A stretch of DNA of 64,000 nucleotides from Microcoleus sp. (GTDB lineage Bacteria > Cyanobacteriota > Cyanobacteriia > Cyanobacteriales > Microcoleaceae). This document shows positions 31,635 through 41,141 of the stretch, in pieces; the first letter of the stretch is position 1; each line of letters begins with the position of its first letter. The translations under genes were made by a program, and so were the position numbers. The stretch is from assembly GCA_042408215.1 (NCBI GenBank), contig JAYFMW010000030.1, forward strand, positions 160,001 through 224,000. The letters run 5' to 3'. The notes beneath the pieces are model-generated. The model had not been told where the DNA came from and did no database searches. It saw only the letters and a list, made by a program, of their open reading frames with translations.

Positions 31635-31865
31635 AAAAACTATACAGGGCAAAGGTTTCATCCATTATAACTTAACCGGAATCCTATTTTTTCCGATCTT
31701 TTCCGATTTTTTGCTTAATATTGTGTAACAAAACTCCCGTTTAAATCCGAGTTTTTCCGATCGCACTCCCATATTTAATTTTGCTATGCTCTTAAAACAA
31801 ACGAGCACAGGCTTAAAAAGTCGTGCTTTTTCCGTTGTTGATGATTTTTTAGGAGCATTACTAAA

Positions 31866-32075
31866 ATGACACAAGCAAAAGAAAGATTACTCACTGATAC
31901 TCACTCACAAAATGATTGTATTGTTCTTGACCTTGAAGAATTTGACTTAAGTGACTTAGATGCACTCAAAAATACAGCACTTGGTAACGTTTTGGAAAAA
32001 AATTTTTCAAAATCCAATGGCTTCATCTGCATCATACCAGACATACTAGCCATTCTTCTCATCGGTGCAGTTTGA
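31866..32075 (+). CDS. FxsA-like RiPP (triceptide) precursor peptide; C-terminus apparently scrambled by single-base insertions
   Basis: AGGAG RBS at ~31851. Leader VLDLEEFDLSDLDALKNTALGNVLEK resembles FxsA leaders. HTRHTSHSSH is encoded in the +2 frame at 32033-32062. Lies directly before the radical SAM gene. Confidence 0.75.
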   Translation: MTQAKERLLTDTHSQNDCIVLDLEEFDLSDLDALKNTALGNVLEKNFSKSNGFICIIPDILAILLIGAV

Positions 32076-32122
32076 TCAAAGTGCTCTGGGGGTAGTCAAT
32101 AACTGGCTATGTACAGAATACT

Positions 32123-32168
32123 AATTAAATGGCTACTAATTACCTCAAGCAATAGTAGCCATTTAATT
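32123..32168 (+). terminator. 16-bp perfect stem-loop between precursor and maturase genes
   Basis: AATTAAATGGCTACTA (32123-32138) / TAGTAGCCATTTAATT (32153-32168). Confidence 0.65.
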
Positions 32169-32216
32169 CTGGCATACATAATTTAAGTTTTGAACATATC
32201 ATAGATTTATGGCTGA

Positions 32217-33374
32217 GTGTCCACACCCTTACATTCGCTGGTTTGTAAAGTAGTATCCCGTTGCAACCTTAACTGTGATTATTGCTATATGTATCAGCAT
32301 AGCGATCAAAGTTGGCAACAGCAACCTTTGAAAATGTCTGAAGCAACTATTACACAATTAGGTAAGAGAATTGATGAACATACCACCAAACACCAAGTAT
32401 CAGAATTTTCTGTAATCATGCACGGTGGAGAACCTCTCTTAGCAGGGATTAGACTATCTCAAAAATTTTCAAGAGATTATTACAGAAAGATGTGCCTAAT
32501 GTTAAACTAGAGATTTGGCATGCAAACTAATGGTGTGTTGTTAAACGATGAAATCTTAGATTTCTGTGTTTCTAATAATACAACAATAGGTCTAAGTATG
32601 GATGGCGATCGAGAAGCTAACGATTTGCATCGCTTAGATCATCAAGGTAAATCTGCATTTTCCAGTTTGGAAAAGACTCTTCAATTATTAAGTAGCGATC
32701 GAGGACGGAAAATATGGGCAGGTTTTTTATGTGTGATCGATCTACATAACGATCCTGAAGCTGTATATTCTTATTTGTCACAATATAATCCTCCTTCGAT
32801 TGATTTTTTGTTACCTTTAAATCACCATGACTTAAGACCTCTTGGTAAAGAAAAATCTCTTGATGTAACTCCTTATGCAGACTGGCTACTTAAGATTTTT
32901 GATATTTGGTATCATCAAAAACCTCAAACAATCAAAATTAGGAAATTCAAGGAAATTATTTTACTAATGCTAGGATTGCAAGGAAATTCAGAAGAATGGG
33001 GTTTAAACCCTGTTGATTTTGCCGTTATTGAAACCAACGGTGATATTGAAGCCGTTGATTCTTTGAAAGTTACTTATCCCGAAGCTACCAAGTTAGGAAT
33101 GGATATATTTACCCACAGTTTTGATGAGATTTTTGACTCCCCAAAGGTTATTCAACGTCAAGAAAAGTGGCAATATTTGAGCGAAACTTGTCAAGAATGT
33201 AACTTAGTTAAAGTTTGTGGTGGTGGTTATCTTCCCCATAGATATTCTAGCGAAAATTACTTTCATAATCCATCAGTGTATTGTTCCGATCTCAAAAAAC
33301 TGATTACTACAATTCGCCGCCAAGTAATTGAAGATATGCAAACAATCAAGAAGAAAAAACTTCCTGCTGTTTAG
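32217..33374 (+). CDS. fxsB: FxsB-family radical SAM/SPASM cyclophane-forming peptide maturase; broken by ~3 single-base insertions at ~32445-32515
   Basis: KVVSRCNLNCDYCY (CX3CX2C), HGGEPLLAG, MQTNG, SMDG, DFLLP, TPYADWL, ETNGDIEAVDSLK, CQECNLVKVCGGG..HRY..NPSVYCSDL. The two ORF halves are in the same frame. Confidence 0.85.
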
Positions 33375-33408
33375 TCAAACTTCGTCTTATTAAATTAGGG
33401 TTAGTGCA

Positions 33409-35253
33409 ATGAAGATCGAACTGGATATTAATACCGTCAAAAACTTAGTTTCTCCTACGGGGGCTTCCGATCCATTAGTTAAAGTAATTTACTTAGCAGA
33501 ATATCATAGAACTTTGCTAAGGTTAAGTAATCTCTCTCAAAAACTGCAATCAGAATCACCTAAGTTAATTGATGGTTTAACCAACTTTTCTCAATCTTTT
33601 GAGTTGGTAAAATCTTTTTCTAAAAATGCCCAAAGAAAGATTTTACGCCATCCATCTTTTAGCGTTTGGTTAGATACAGCTTGGCAATTAGTTAACCGAA
33701 AAGCTCATATTCTGTTTCCAGAAATGCACATTAAGTTTCATCTGGAATCTTTCCCAAAGTTTCTTTTAGCAATGGCAAAATATGACAATATAGAAAATTT
33801 AGAGTGTTTTTTATATACCGATCATGCTGGAATTATTGCCATACCCGGAACCGGAATTTATTTACAGCATCCTCAACATCTTGCCTTTCAAAGATTGCGT
33901 TTTGTTACCACAACTAACGCTGGTTTTAATATTTATACAGATGGAAATCAAAATTTAGAGATGATTCAAAATGAAATACCTCATCTCAATAACGGCATTG
34001 AATTAAATGCTTTTGATAGCGATTTACGTTTAGGTGGTCGCTACGATTTGAATTTTGAGGAATTAACACCAACTTCCACTATTAAATGGTTATCTAGTTT
34101 AGAGGAAGCTTGGTTTTGGATAGAGAGTTGTTCAACTTTATTAGCAAGTGAAATTTTCATGGGAGTACAATCTTTAGTTCCAGTACATTCTCATGCTATA
34201 GATGTTCATAGAAGTCAGACATTTCGAGAAATACCCGGACTTTTGATTTTATCTTGGATGTCAGATACCTCAGTAATAGTAGAAGCTTTAGTCCATGAAT
34301 ATCATCATCATAAACTTAATGCTTTATTAAATTTAGAGCCAATCATTGTAGAAGGTAGTCCAGAAGAAATTTATTATTCTCCTTGGCGTGACGATCCCCG
34401 ACCTCTCAGTGGTATTTTGCAGGGAATTTATGTCTTTCAAGCTGTTTTAGAATTGTGGCATAAAATTCTGAAAACAGATATACCTGTTTTACAAGAAAAG
34501 CGTTTGCAACAAAAAGTATATTCTGCTAAGAAGCAACTGCTAACTGCACTTAAAGTTTTAACAACTAATGCAGGATTTTCTTTGATTGGTCAAGCATTGA
34601 TTGAAGCAATAGAAGAAAATATCGATCGAGTTGAACCTGAAATTTCTCAAATAGAACAACAACAAATTGACCTGAGATTAAAAGAACATCAGCAGAAATG
34701 GGAAGCGGCAAATCCTAATTTAGTCGGCACAAAAATCTTGCCAATTAAAGTATCTGTTGATTTGGCAAAAAATGACAACAATACAATATTGAATCAATCA
34801 TGTCAATGGCTAGGAATTACACCAAATATTGATTTACGTCCCTTAACTTATCTGAGACAACCATTCGATCCAATTCTTGAGACTTTAGTAGCTATTTACC
34901 ACGATCGAGGCTTAAAAGAATTAGAAGACATATTAAAAGGAACTCAGTTGGGAGATTCAATTTTATTAGATTTAATATGTGGACATACAGCTTATCTTAA
35001 TCAAGACTATCAGAAAGCAGCAGAATTTTATCAAAGTTGTATTGAGCAATATCCTAATGCTCCTTATTTTTGGCAATGTTTTATGTTTGCATTGAGACAT
35101 TTAAACCTGTTAGAAGATTACGAATTAATCTTGCTTAACATAGATAAAATTGTTGCTAATAGTTTAGAAATCAAAAAAATAATCAGGCAAAACTCAAACC
35201 CTGAAAATAAAGTTCAAATGATGGTTAAATTAGTTAAAACATTAGTTAATTAA
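33409..35253 (+). CDS. aKG-HExxH-type peptide-modifying protein with C-terminal TPR-like repeat
   Basis: EALVHEYHHHKL and YYSPWRDDPRPLSGILQG; TPR-like YQKAAEFYQSCIEQYPN. Confidence 0.85.
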   Translation: MKIELDINTVKNLVSPTGASDPLVKVIYLAEYHRTLLRLSNLSQKLQSESPKLIDGLTNFSQSFELVKSFSKNAQRKILRHPSFSVWLDTAWQLVNRKAHILFPEMHIKFHLESFPKFLLAMAKYDNIENLECFLYTDHAGIIAIPGTGIYLQHPQHLAFQRLRFVTTTNAGFNIYTDGNQNLEMIQNEIPHLNNGIELNAFDSDLRLGGRYDLNFEELTPTSTIKWLSSLEEAWFWIESCSTLLASEIFMGVQSLVPVHSHAIDVHRSQTFREIPGLLILSWMSDTSVIVEALVHEYHHHKLNALLNLEPIIVEGSPEEIYYSPWRDDPRPLSGILQGIYVFQAVLELWHKILKTDIPVLQEKRLQQKVYSAKKQLLTALKVLTTNAGFSLIGQALIEAIEENIDRVEPEISQIEQQQIDLRLKEHQQKWEAANPNLVGTKILPIKVSVDLAKNDNNTILNQSCQWLGITPNIDLRPLTYLRQPFDPILETLVAIYHDRGLKELEDILKGTQLGDSILLDLICGHTAYLNQDYQKAAEFYQSCIEQYPNAPYFWQCFMFALRHLNLLEDYELILLNIDKIVANSLEIKKIIRQNSNPENKVQMMVKLVKTLVN

Positions 35254-35260
35254 AACTTTT

Positions 35261-36232
35261 ATGAATACAGCAAGTTTGAGCAAACACTTAGTAAATAGTC
35301 CTTTTAGCAAATACTTTGAGATATTTCCTGATGGGGGACAATTACCTTCTTTTATTGCTACTGTCAAAGGGTTAAAATCGGCAACAGATTTATGGGTGCA
35401 AAAGCCCAAATGGAAATCTTTTTGTGAATTAGCTCAATATTTTGGCTTGTATTATTATGTAGATGCTTATTTTTATCGAGACATGGGAAAATTAAACAGT
35501 TTACCTCAAGAGTTATTTACTACAACTAAAGCTGTTTTTAGTAAAGAGTTTTCTGAGGAAGCTCATGTTTTTATTGCTAAGTCACAAGATGCTTTAACAA
35601 ATGCAATTGCTTCAGGATGGTATCCTTTAGTTGTCGGTCAAAGAGTAATTGAAAAACATTTACCAGACCATTATACTTTTGGAAAAGCACTAGGTTATCC
35701 TCAATGTTGTCTTGATTTTTTTCAAAAGCGAAATCATTGGAATTTTTATAATAATTACTATGAAACTTATCGCAATACGATTAACAAACCTACATATTTA
35801 TCAAATGGATTGTTACGTCATACTCCATTTTCACTAATTCCCCACATACCTTGTTCTTTTGATTGTCAAGCATCTATCCAATATGCTCAAAAAAATCGCC
35901 TTCTAATTAATGAGGAGAGCCAAGAATATTTAGAAGAAATAGAACATCATTTGCAAACACCAATTTTATGTCTGTCAGAACTTAAGATTTATCGTTTTGA
36001 AGGTAAAATTGTTGCTGAAAATATAGTCAACTATCAATCTGTAGAGGGAATATATCCTACATCACAAAATGATTGGCTATATCAAATACTTGTTAAAGGT
36101 GATACTTGTATTATTGAGGGGAATATTATTAGAGTCTACCGAGACAATTCTCAGATCAGTGCTTATTTTGCTAGAGGTGATAAACATGAAGTAGAGATTC
36201 CATTTTTGATGGATTTTTCCCAAGAGACTTAA
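35261..36232 (+). CDS. Cys-rich protein of unknown function (DUF483-like)
   Basis: GKALGYPQCC and PHIPCSFDC motifs; 7 nt after the HExxH gene. Confidence 0.55.
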   Translation: MNTASLSKHLVNSPFSKYFEIFPDGGQLPSFIATVKGLKSATDLWVQKPKWKSFCELAQYFGLYYYVDAYFYRDMGKLNSLPQELFTTTKAVFSKEFSEEAHVFIAKSQDALTNAIASGWYPLVVGQRVIEKHLPDHYTFGKALGYPQCCLDFFQKRNHWNFYNNYYETYRNTINKPTYLSNGLLRHTPFSLIPHIPCSFDCQASIQYAQKNRLLINEESQEYLEEIEHHLQTPILCLSELKIYRFEGKIVAENIVNYQSVEGIYPTSQNDWLYQILVKGDTCIIEGNIIRVYRDNSQISAYFARGDKHEVEIPFLMDFSQET

Positions 36233-36318
36233 TTGACAAAATAGGCATTCTTAAAAACATTTTAGTGAGGAGCATAGAAGATGTATACTTTAGTTTTAAT
36301 TAGACGAGGATTAATCTA

Positions 36319-37119
36319 ATGAATCTTGTAGAAAGAATTATTAACAATATTCAAGAAAAAGACTTACAATATATTCTTGATTTAGAAAAAGAGATTTTGA
36401 ATTCTAAATTAACTTTAGATCGAAATTTGTTAATAGATGTGGAGGATCAAAAAACCGCCCAACGATATTTCTATCTTTATACACTACCTATGTTAGAAGG
36501 ACTAGGATTATTAGAGCAACAGGAAAATGCTATTTTTTGGGGGACTGTGCAATTATGTTTAGATTTACATCTCAGATATGTGGATTACATCATAGATGAT
36601 GATAAAATAGACATAAGCAGATTATTAATTACGCAAAAATCTTATGATTATTTATTCCGATCGCAAATGCTACTAAATCAAAAAGGCTATTTGTGGGGTT
36701 CCGATCAAATGGCTATTTATACCCAATATTTTGACTACGAGAAGGAGGCAAATACCGAGCAATTTCATGATTTTGGTAGCCTATGGAGACGAGTATCTCC
36801 TCTATTCATTGTTTCTGGAAGTTACTTAAAATTATCTGGTAAAATAGTTGATTTTGATTTTTATTACAAACGATATATAAGTTCTTGGCTGCTCAAAGCA
36901 GATTGCTCGGATATTATTAAGGATATTAATAAACAAAAAACCCCGATTACCAACTTAGTATATAATTACGATGCTCAAATTGATAAAAATGTCATGTTAA
37001 TGGCCAACACAGTTAACTCTATTGATGTCAAACTCGATCGAGGTTTAACTCAAATAAAAAACCACATATCTAACAAACTTCCAATATGGGCAATAATTAT
37101 TGAAAGTTTGTTGTCTTAA
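36319..37119 (+). CDS. Hypothetical helical protein with isoprenoid-synthase-like Asp-rich motifs
   Basis: DYIIDDD and ADCSDIIKD motifs; GAGGA RBS. Confidence 0.5.
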   Translation: MNLVERIINNIQEKDLQYILDLEKEILNSKLTLDRNLLIDVEDQKTAQRYFYLYTLPMLEGLGLLEQQENAIFWGTVQLCLDLHLRYVDYIIDDDKIDISRLLITQKSYDYLFRSQMLLNQKGYLWGSDQMAIYTQYFDYEKEANTEQFHDFGSLWRRVSPLFIVSGSYLKLSGKIVDFDFYYKRYISSWLLKADCSDIIKDINKQKTPITNLVYNYDAQIDKNVMLMANTVNSIDVKLDRGLTQIKNHISNKLPIWAIIIESLLS

Positions 37120-37150
37120 AGTTTCCATAATATTCCTAAAGAATTACCTG

Positions 37151-37318
37151 TAATACCAATTTAATAGGTCGTTGCATATATTTCGATCCCCCTAAATCCC
37201 CCTTAATAAGGGAGTAGGGTGTGAGTAGGGGTTGACTTTGACCACCCTCTTGTCCCCCCCTTATTAAGGGGGGTTAGGGGGGATCAGATTCTATGCAGCC
37301 TCATAAAAAATTGGTATA
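37151..37318. repeat. MITE-like element with ATACCAATT/AATTGGTAT ends
   Basis: A related inverted copy lies at 56834-57002. Confidence 0.75.
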
Positions 37319-37830
37319 AGGGGGCATGGAAACCGACAAGCAAGGCGCGTCAATGCTTCGGCAGTCCAAAAGTCATATCAAATCCGTTGGCATCGGAATT
37401 ATTCATCTCTCAGGACTTACGCATTGTAACTGTGTGGCAAGGGTTTGAGATTCTTCGGTTCCCTCAGAATGACATAATTAGGTTATTAGTGCCTCCAGGA
37501 CTATCTCTCTCTTCTCTTCCTCTGCGGTCTCTGCGGTCTCTGCAGAGTTAAATCATTCCGAAACAACCGTAAACGAGATCGCTCAGACTTGTTTCATCAT
37601 GTCACCACAGGCGATACTGTCCAAGTTTTTCTCTTCAAGGTGAAGAAAACAAAGCATAATAGATCAAACTTACTGAGAGTGGAATCGTTAAACTGCACAC
37701 CACACTTCGGAGAAAAGCCGTGATGTTAGCAGAAAATAAGAGATTAACGGAGAAAAACCCCAGCAGGTCGGTGAAATTAAATTTCGATCGCCTGGGCGAA
37801 ACTCGGATCAAAGATAAATTCGGTTTATTT

Positions 37831-39552
37831 ATGCCCCTAAACTTAGAACAAAGCGATCGCAAAGTCAATCGATCGCGAAGCAAAGGTTTAAGTTCTTGGC
37901 TGATGCTCGTCTTTACCAGCGCTGCCTTTTTCTTGCCTCAACCGTCAGTGACCACCGCCCAGACTCCCCCCGCACAGCTCCTTGCTCAGGCGCAGCAGAG
38001 CGACATTAACATACTGTACGTCAGCTCGTCAGGCGGCAGTGACCAGGCGGGTAACGGGAGCGATCGAGATCCGTTCAAAACCCTTACCTACGCCTTGAGC
38101 GTCGCCCCGCCCAATACAGCAATTTTACTAGCCCCCGGTATCTACAGCGCTCAAACTGGCGAGCAATTTCCGATCGTACTCAAGCCCAGGGTGACTGTTC
38201 AGGGAAATCCCAACAATCGCGGCCAAAATATTGCGATCAAAGGCGGAGGAGAGTTTCTCAGTCCGACTTCGGCTGGTCAAAATATCGCGATTTTAGGGGC
38301 AGACGGGGCCGGACTCAGGGGGGTGACGGTGACAAATACCAATTATCGGGGTTACGGTTTGTGGATCGAATCGAGTTCTCCGATCGTTGTCAACAATACT
38401 TTTTCCGGCAGCACTCACGACGGAATTTCAGTGGTAGGGACTTCCCAGCCGACAATCAGCCAGAATTTTTTCTCGAAAAATGGAGCTAATGGCATCACAA
38501 TTTTTGGCAGTTCGAGACCAGAAGTTCGAGAGAATGTGTTTGAAAACACGGGATTTGGGGTGAATGTAGCTCAGAATGCTGCTCCTCTGTTGATTGGTAA
38601 TCAGATTACTCGCAATCAGGATGGCGTGGTGGTGCAAGCTGAGGCTAGACCGGTGCTGCGTCACAATTATATCGAGAGGAACCAGCGGGATGGAATTGTG
38701 GCGATCGCCCAATCGCTCCCGGATTTAGGAACTGTGGCGGAACCGGGAGGGAATGTAATTCGCAACAACGGCCAGCACGATGTCAACAATGCAGCCAAAG
38801 GTCAAGTGATCTCGGCTTACGGGAATCAATTGTTGAGTAACCGCACGGTGGGCGGAGTTGATGTAGGGGGAACTTTTAGCCCCCCGCCATCCATTAGCCG
38901 CCATGCTGTACAGTTAGTTACCGATCGACCCCCCAGAAGCTCCGGCCCAGAAAGTTCTCTTCCTGCTTACACTCCAGGCCCCCTAACTCCTAGGACTCAA
39001 AGAGCACCGATTTCGCCAAGAGTCCAAAATCAACGGGCACCGCGCAACATTCAGTTGCGCCCTCTTCTGACTCCCAGGAATGTCAATGCTTCGCCTGCTG
39101 CGACAGGGGCGATCGAAATTCCCGTGCCGAATCCAGATGCTCGATCGGTTCCAGAAATTTCGGTGCCGCAGCCAGTCCCTCCCAATTTTGAGAGTTCAAC
39201 TCCGGTTTCTGTCGAGGGTAGATTGCCGGTTCCGAGTCGCAACATTCCTCTGGGAAGGGGCGGCTACGTACCCACTGCTTTAGGGGGGAATTCTTTGTCC
39301 GACTCCGGGGAGAATGCGCCGTCACTCGATCGCGCCAGAGCTTTGGGTTTCCGGTATCGGGTTGTGGTAGATGCCGATAGTCAGGGCGCGAGAGCCAAGA
39401 CGCAATCTCTGGTTCCCGATGCTTTTCGCAGTTTTAGTAATGGGCGATCGGTCATCCAAGTCGGTGCTTTTCTGGAACGCGAAAAAGCTGATGAATTAGC
39501 ACAAATGCTCAGCCAAAACGGTTTGAATGTGCGAATTGAAGATATCAAATAG
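37831..39552 (+). CDS. DUF1565 / beta-helix protein with C-terminal SPOR-like domain (start uncertain, ORF open from 37720)
   Basis: LYVSS..GSD..GNGS..PFKTLTYAL, LAPGIYS..GEQFP, parallel beta-helix repeats, IQVGAF. Confidence 0.8.
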   Translation: MPLNLEQSDRKVNRSRSKGLSSWLMLVFTSAAFFLPQPSVTTAQTPPAQLLAQAQQSDINILYVSSSGGSDQAGNGSDRDPFKTLTYALSVAPPNTAILLAPGIYSAQTGEQFPIVLKPRVTVQGNPNNRGQNIAIKGGGEFLSPTSAGQNIAILGADGAGLRGVTVTNTNYRGYGLWIESSSPIVVNNTFSGSTHDGISVVGTSQPTISQNFFSKNGANGITIFGSSRPEVRENVFENTGFGVNVAQNAAPLLIGNQITRNQDGVVVQAEARPVLRHNYIERNQRDGIVAIAQSLPDLGTVAEPGGNVIRNNGQHDVNNAAKGQVISAYGNQLLSNRTVGGVDVGGTFSPPPSISRHAVQLVTDRPPRSSGPESSLPAYTPGPLTPRTQRAPISPRVQNQRAPRNIQLRPLLTPRNVNASPAATGAIEIPVPNPDARSVPEISVPQPVPPNFESSTPVSVEGRLPVPSRNIPLGRGGYVPTALGGNSLSDSGENAPSLDRARALGFRYRVVVDADSQGARAKTQSLVPDAFRSFSNGRSVIQVGAFLEREKADELAQMLSQNGLNVRIEDIK

Positions 39553-39646
39553 TTATTAGTTCTTGGGAATTGGGAATTGGGCATTGGAACTAACAACCAA
39601 CCAATAACTAATAACTAATAACTCATAACCAATAACCGTTAACCCA

Positions 39647-39696
39647 CAAATTTTGAGGGCCTAGCAACCGGATTGCAAGACCCTCAAAATTTTGTA
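39647..39696. terminator. Stem-loop downstream of the DUF1565 gene
   Basis: ACAAATTTTGAGGG ... CCCTCAAAATTTTGT imperfect inverted repeat. Confidence 0.5.
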
Positions 39697-39786
39697 ATTT
39701 GAGTTGATTCAAGTTGATTTGAGCTAAGCTGACTTGAGCAATCTACGAGTAAAGGTGGACTTTTTGAGCAACTACTTTGTTCTGAG

Positions 39787-41141
39787 TTGACACTCCTCGG
39801 CCTGAAGGCACTCTTGATTCTTGGTTCAGTCAGTCGGCTTGCCCGTTGATGTTACCACCAACGAGTAGAGGTCGTTCTGTCCCCAAGCGTTAATTTCGGT
39901 GTGCCCCACCGTATTTAGATTGATTCCTGTTTGTTTTAATCCTTTTGCTAGAATATTCAGAGCTGCATTGTGGTCACGGTCTAATACCGCCCCACATCCG
40001 CAAATATGGGTTCTAGTTGATAGCGTTTTCTTAACTAGATTCCCACAACTTGAACAATCTTGGGAAGTGTACTGAGGAGCAACAGCAACTACTGTTTTAC
40101 CGTACACTTTCCCCAAGTATTGCAACCATTGAGCAAACTGCGACCAAGCTGCATCACTAATTGATTTAGCAAGCTTATGGTTTTTCACCATATTCCGCAC
40201 CTGAAGGTTTTCGTAGGCTACGAAATCGTTAGATTTCACTACGCACAACGCCATCTTAATGGCGTTGTCTTTGCGTTGCCTACTGACTTTTAGGTGTTTC
40301 CTTCCTAACTTATTGATTGCTTTTTTGCGATTACTAGAACCTTTCTTTTTCCGAGAAACTCGTTTCTGTAACCGCTTTAAAGCTTTTTCACTTTTACGGA
40401 GATGTCGAGGATTAGAAACTGTTTCTCCGGTGCTATCAGTGTAGAAATGGTTTAAACCCACATCCAACCCTACGGCTTTGCCAGTAGGAATTGTTTCCTC
40501 TGTCCGTTCCACGTTGATACAAAACTGAGCGTAGTAGCCATCGGCACGACGAACTATCCTGATTCGCTTAATTTCACCAGGTGCATAGAAGTGCAAATCT
40601 CGACTACCAAGTAGCCTAAATGTTCCAGCGGCAAAATCATCCGTGAAAGTTAAACATCTTTTGTCGGCAGAAAGCTTCCAACCTGAAGTCTTATATTCTA
40701 CAGAACGGGTGTGTTTCTTAAACTGCGGGTAGCCCTTTTTTCCTGGCTTCTTAGTTTTACAATTTGAGAAAAAACGTTGGATAGCAAAAATGGCGCGTTC
40801 AGCAGAAGCTTGACGTGCCATCGAGTTAAGTTTTCCTGCCCATTCAAACTATGAGGCCATGATGGCGCATTGTTTGTATAGATCAACTAACTTAACTACT
40901 TGATTGTCGATCCAATATCTAAGAGTTTTGTTTCGGACAAATTGCGCTGTGCGGATCATTTCGTCGATAATCCGATATTGCTGCGATTTGCCTTTTAATT
41001 TAAACTCTAGTACAATCATGCTATTATTCTATCGTTTTTGCAGAGCATTGTATTCGCAAAGTGCATATATTTAAGAATTGTTTACACTTTATAGAAATTA
41101 AAGCCGTCCTAGAAGGACGGGGCTTTAGACCCAAATTTTTG
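39787..41141 (-). mobile_element. IS200/IS605-family tnpB-only element
   Basis: Minus strand: TTAC | CAAAAATTTGGGTCT-AAAG-CCCCGTCCTTCTAGGACGG at the left end; ...GAGTGTCAA at the right end. Confidence 0.85.
39826..41019 (-). pseudogene. tnpB: TnpB with an in-frame TAG at 40849-40851
   Basis: MIVLEFKLKGK...CAIMAS*FEWAGKLNSMARQASAER; GLDVG, AYENL, TSQDCSSCG, CGCG and DRDHNAALNI motifs. Confidence 0.85.

Noticed and set aside
36281..36319. Mini-ORF MYTLVLIRRGLI with GAGGAG RBS overlapping the next start (TAATG)
   Set aside because: Too short to support; no leader or core features of a second precursor.
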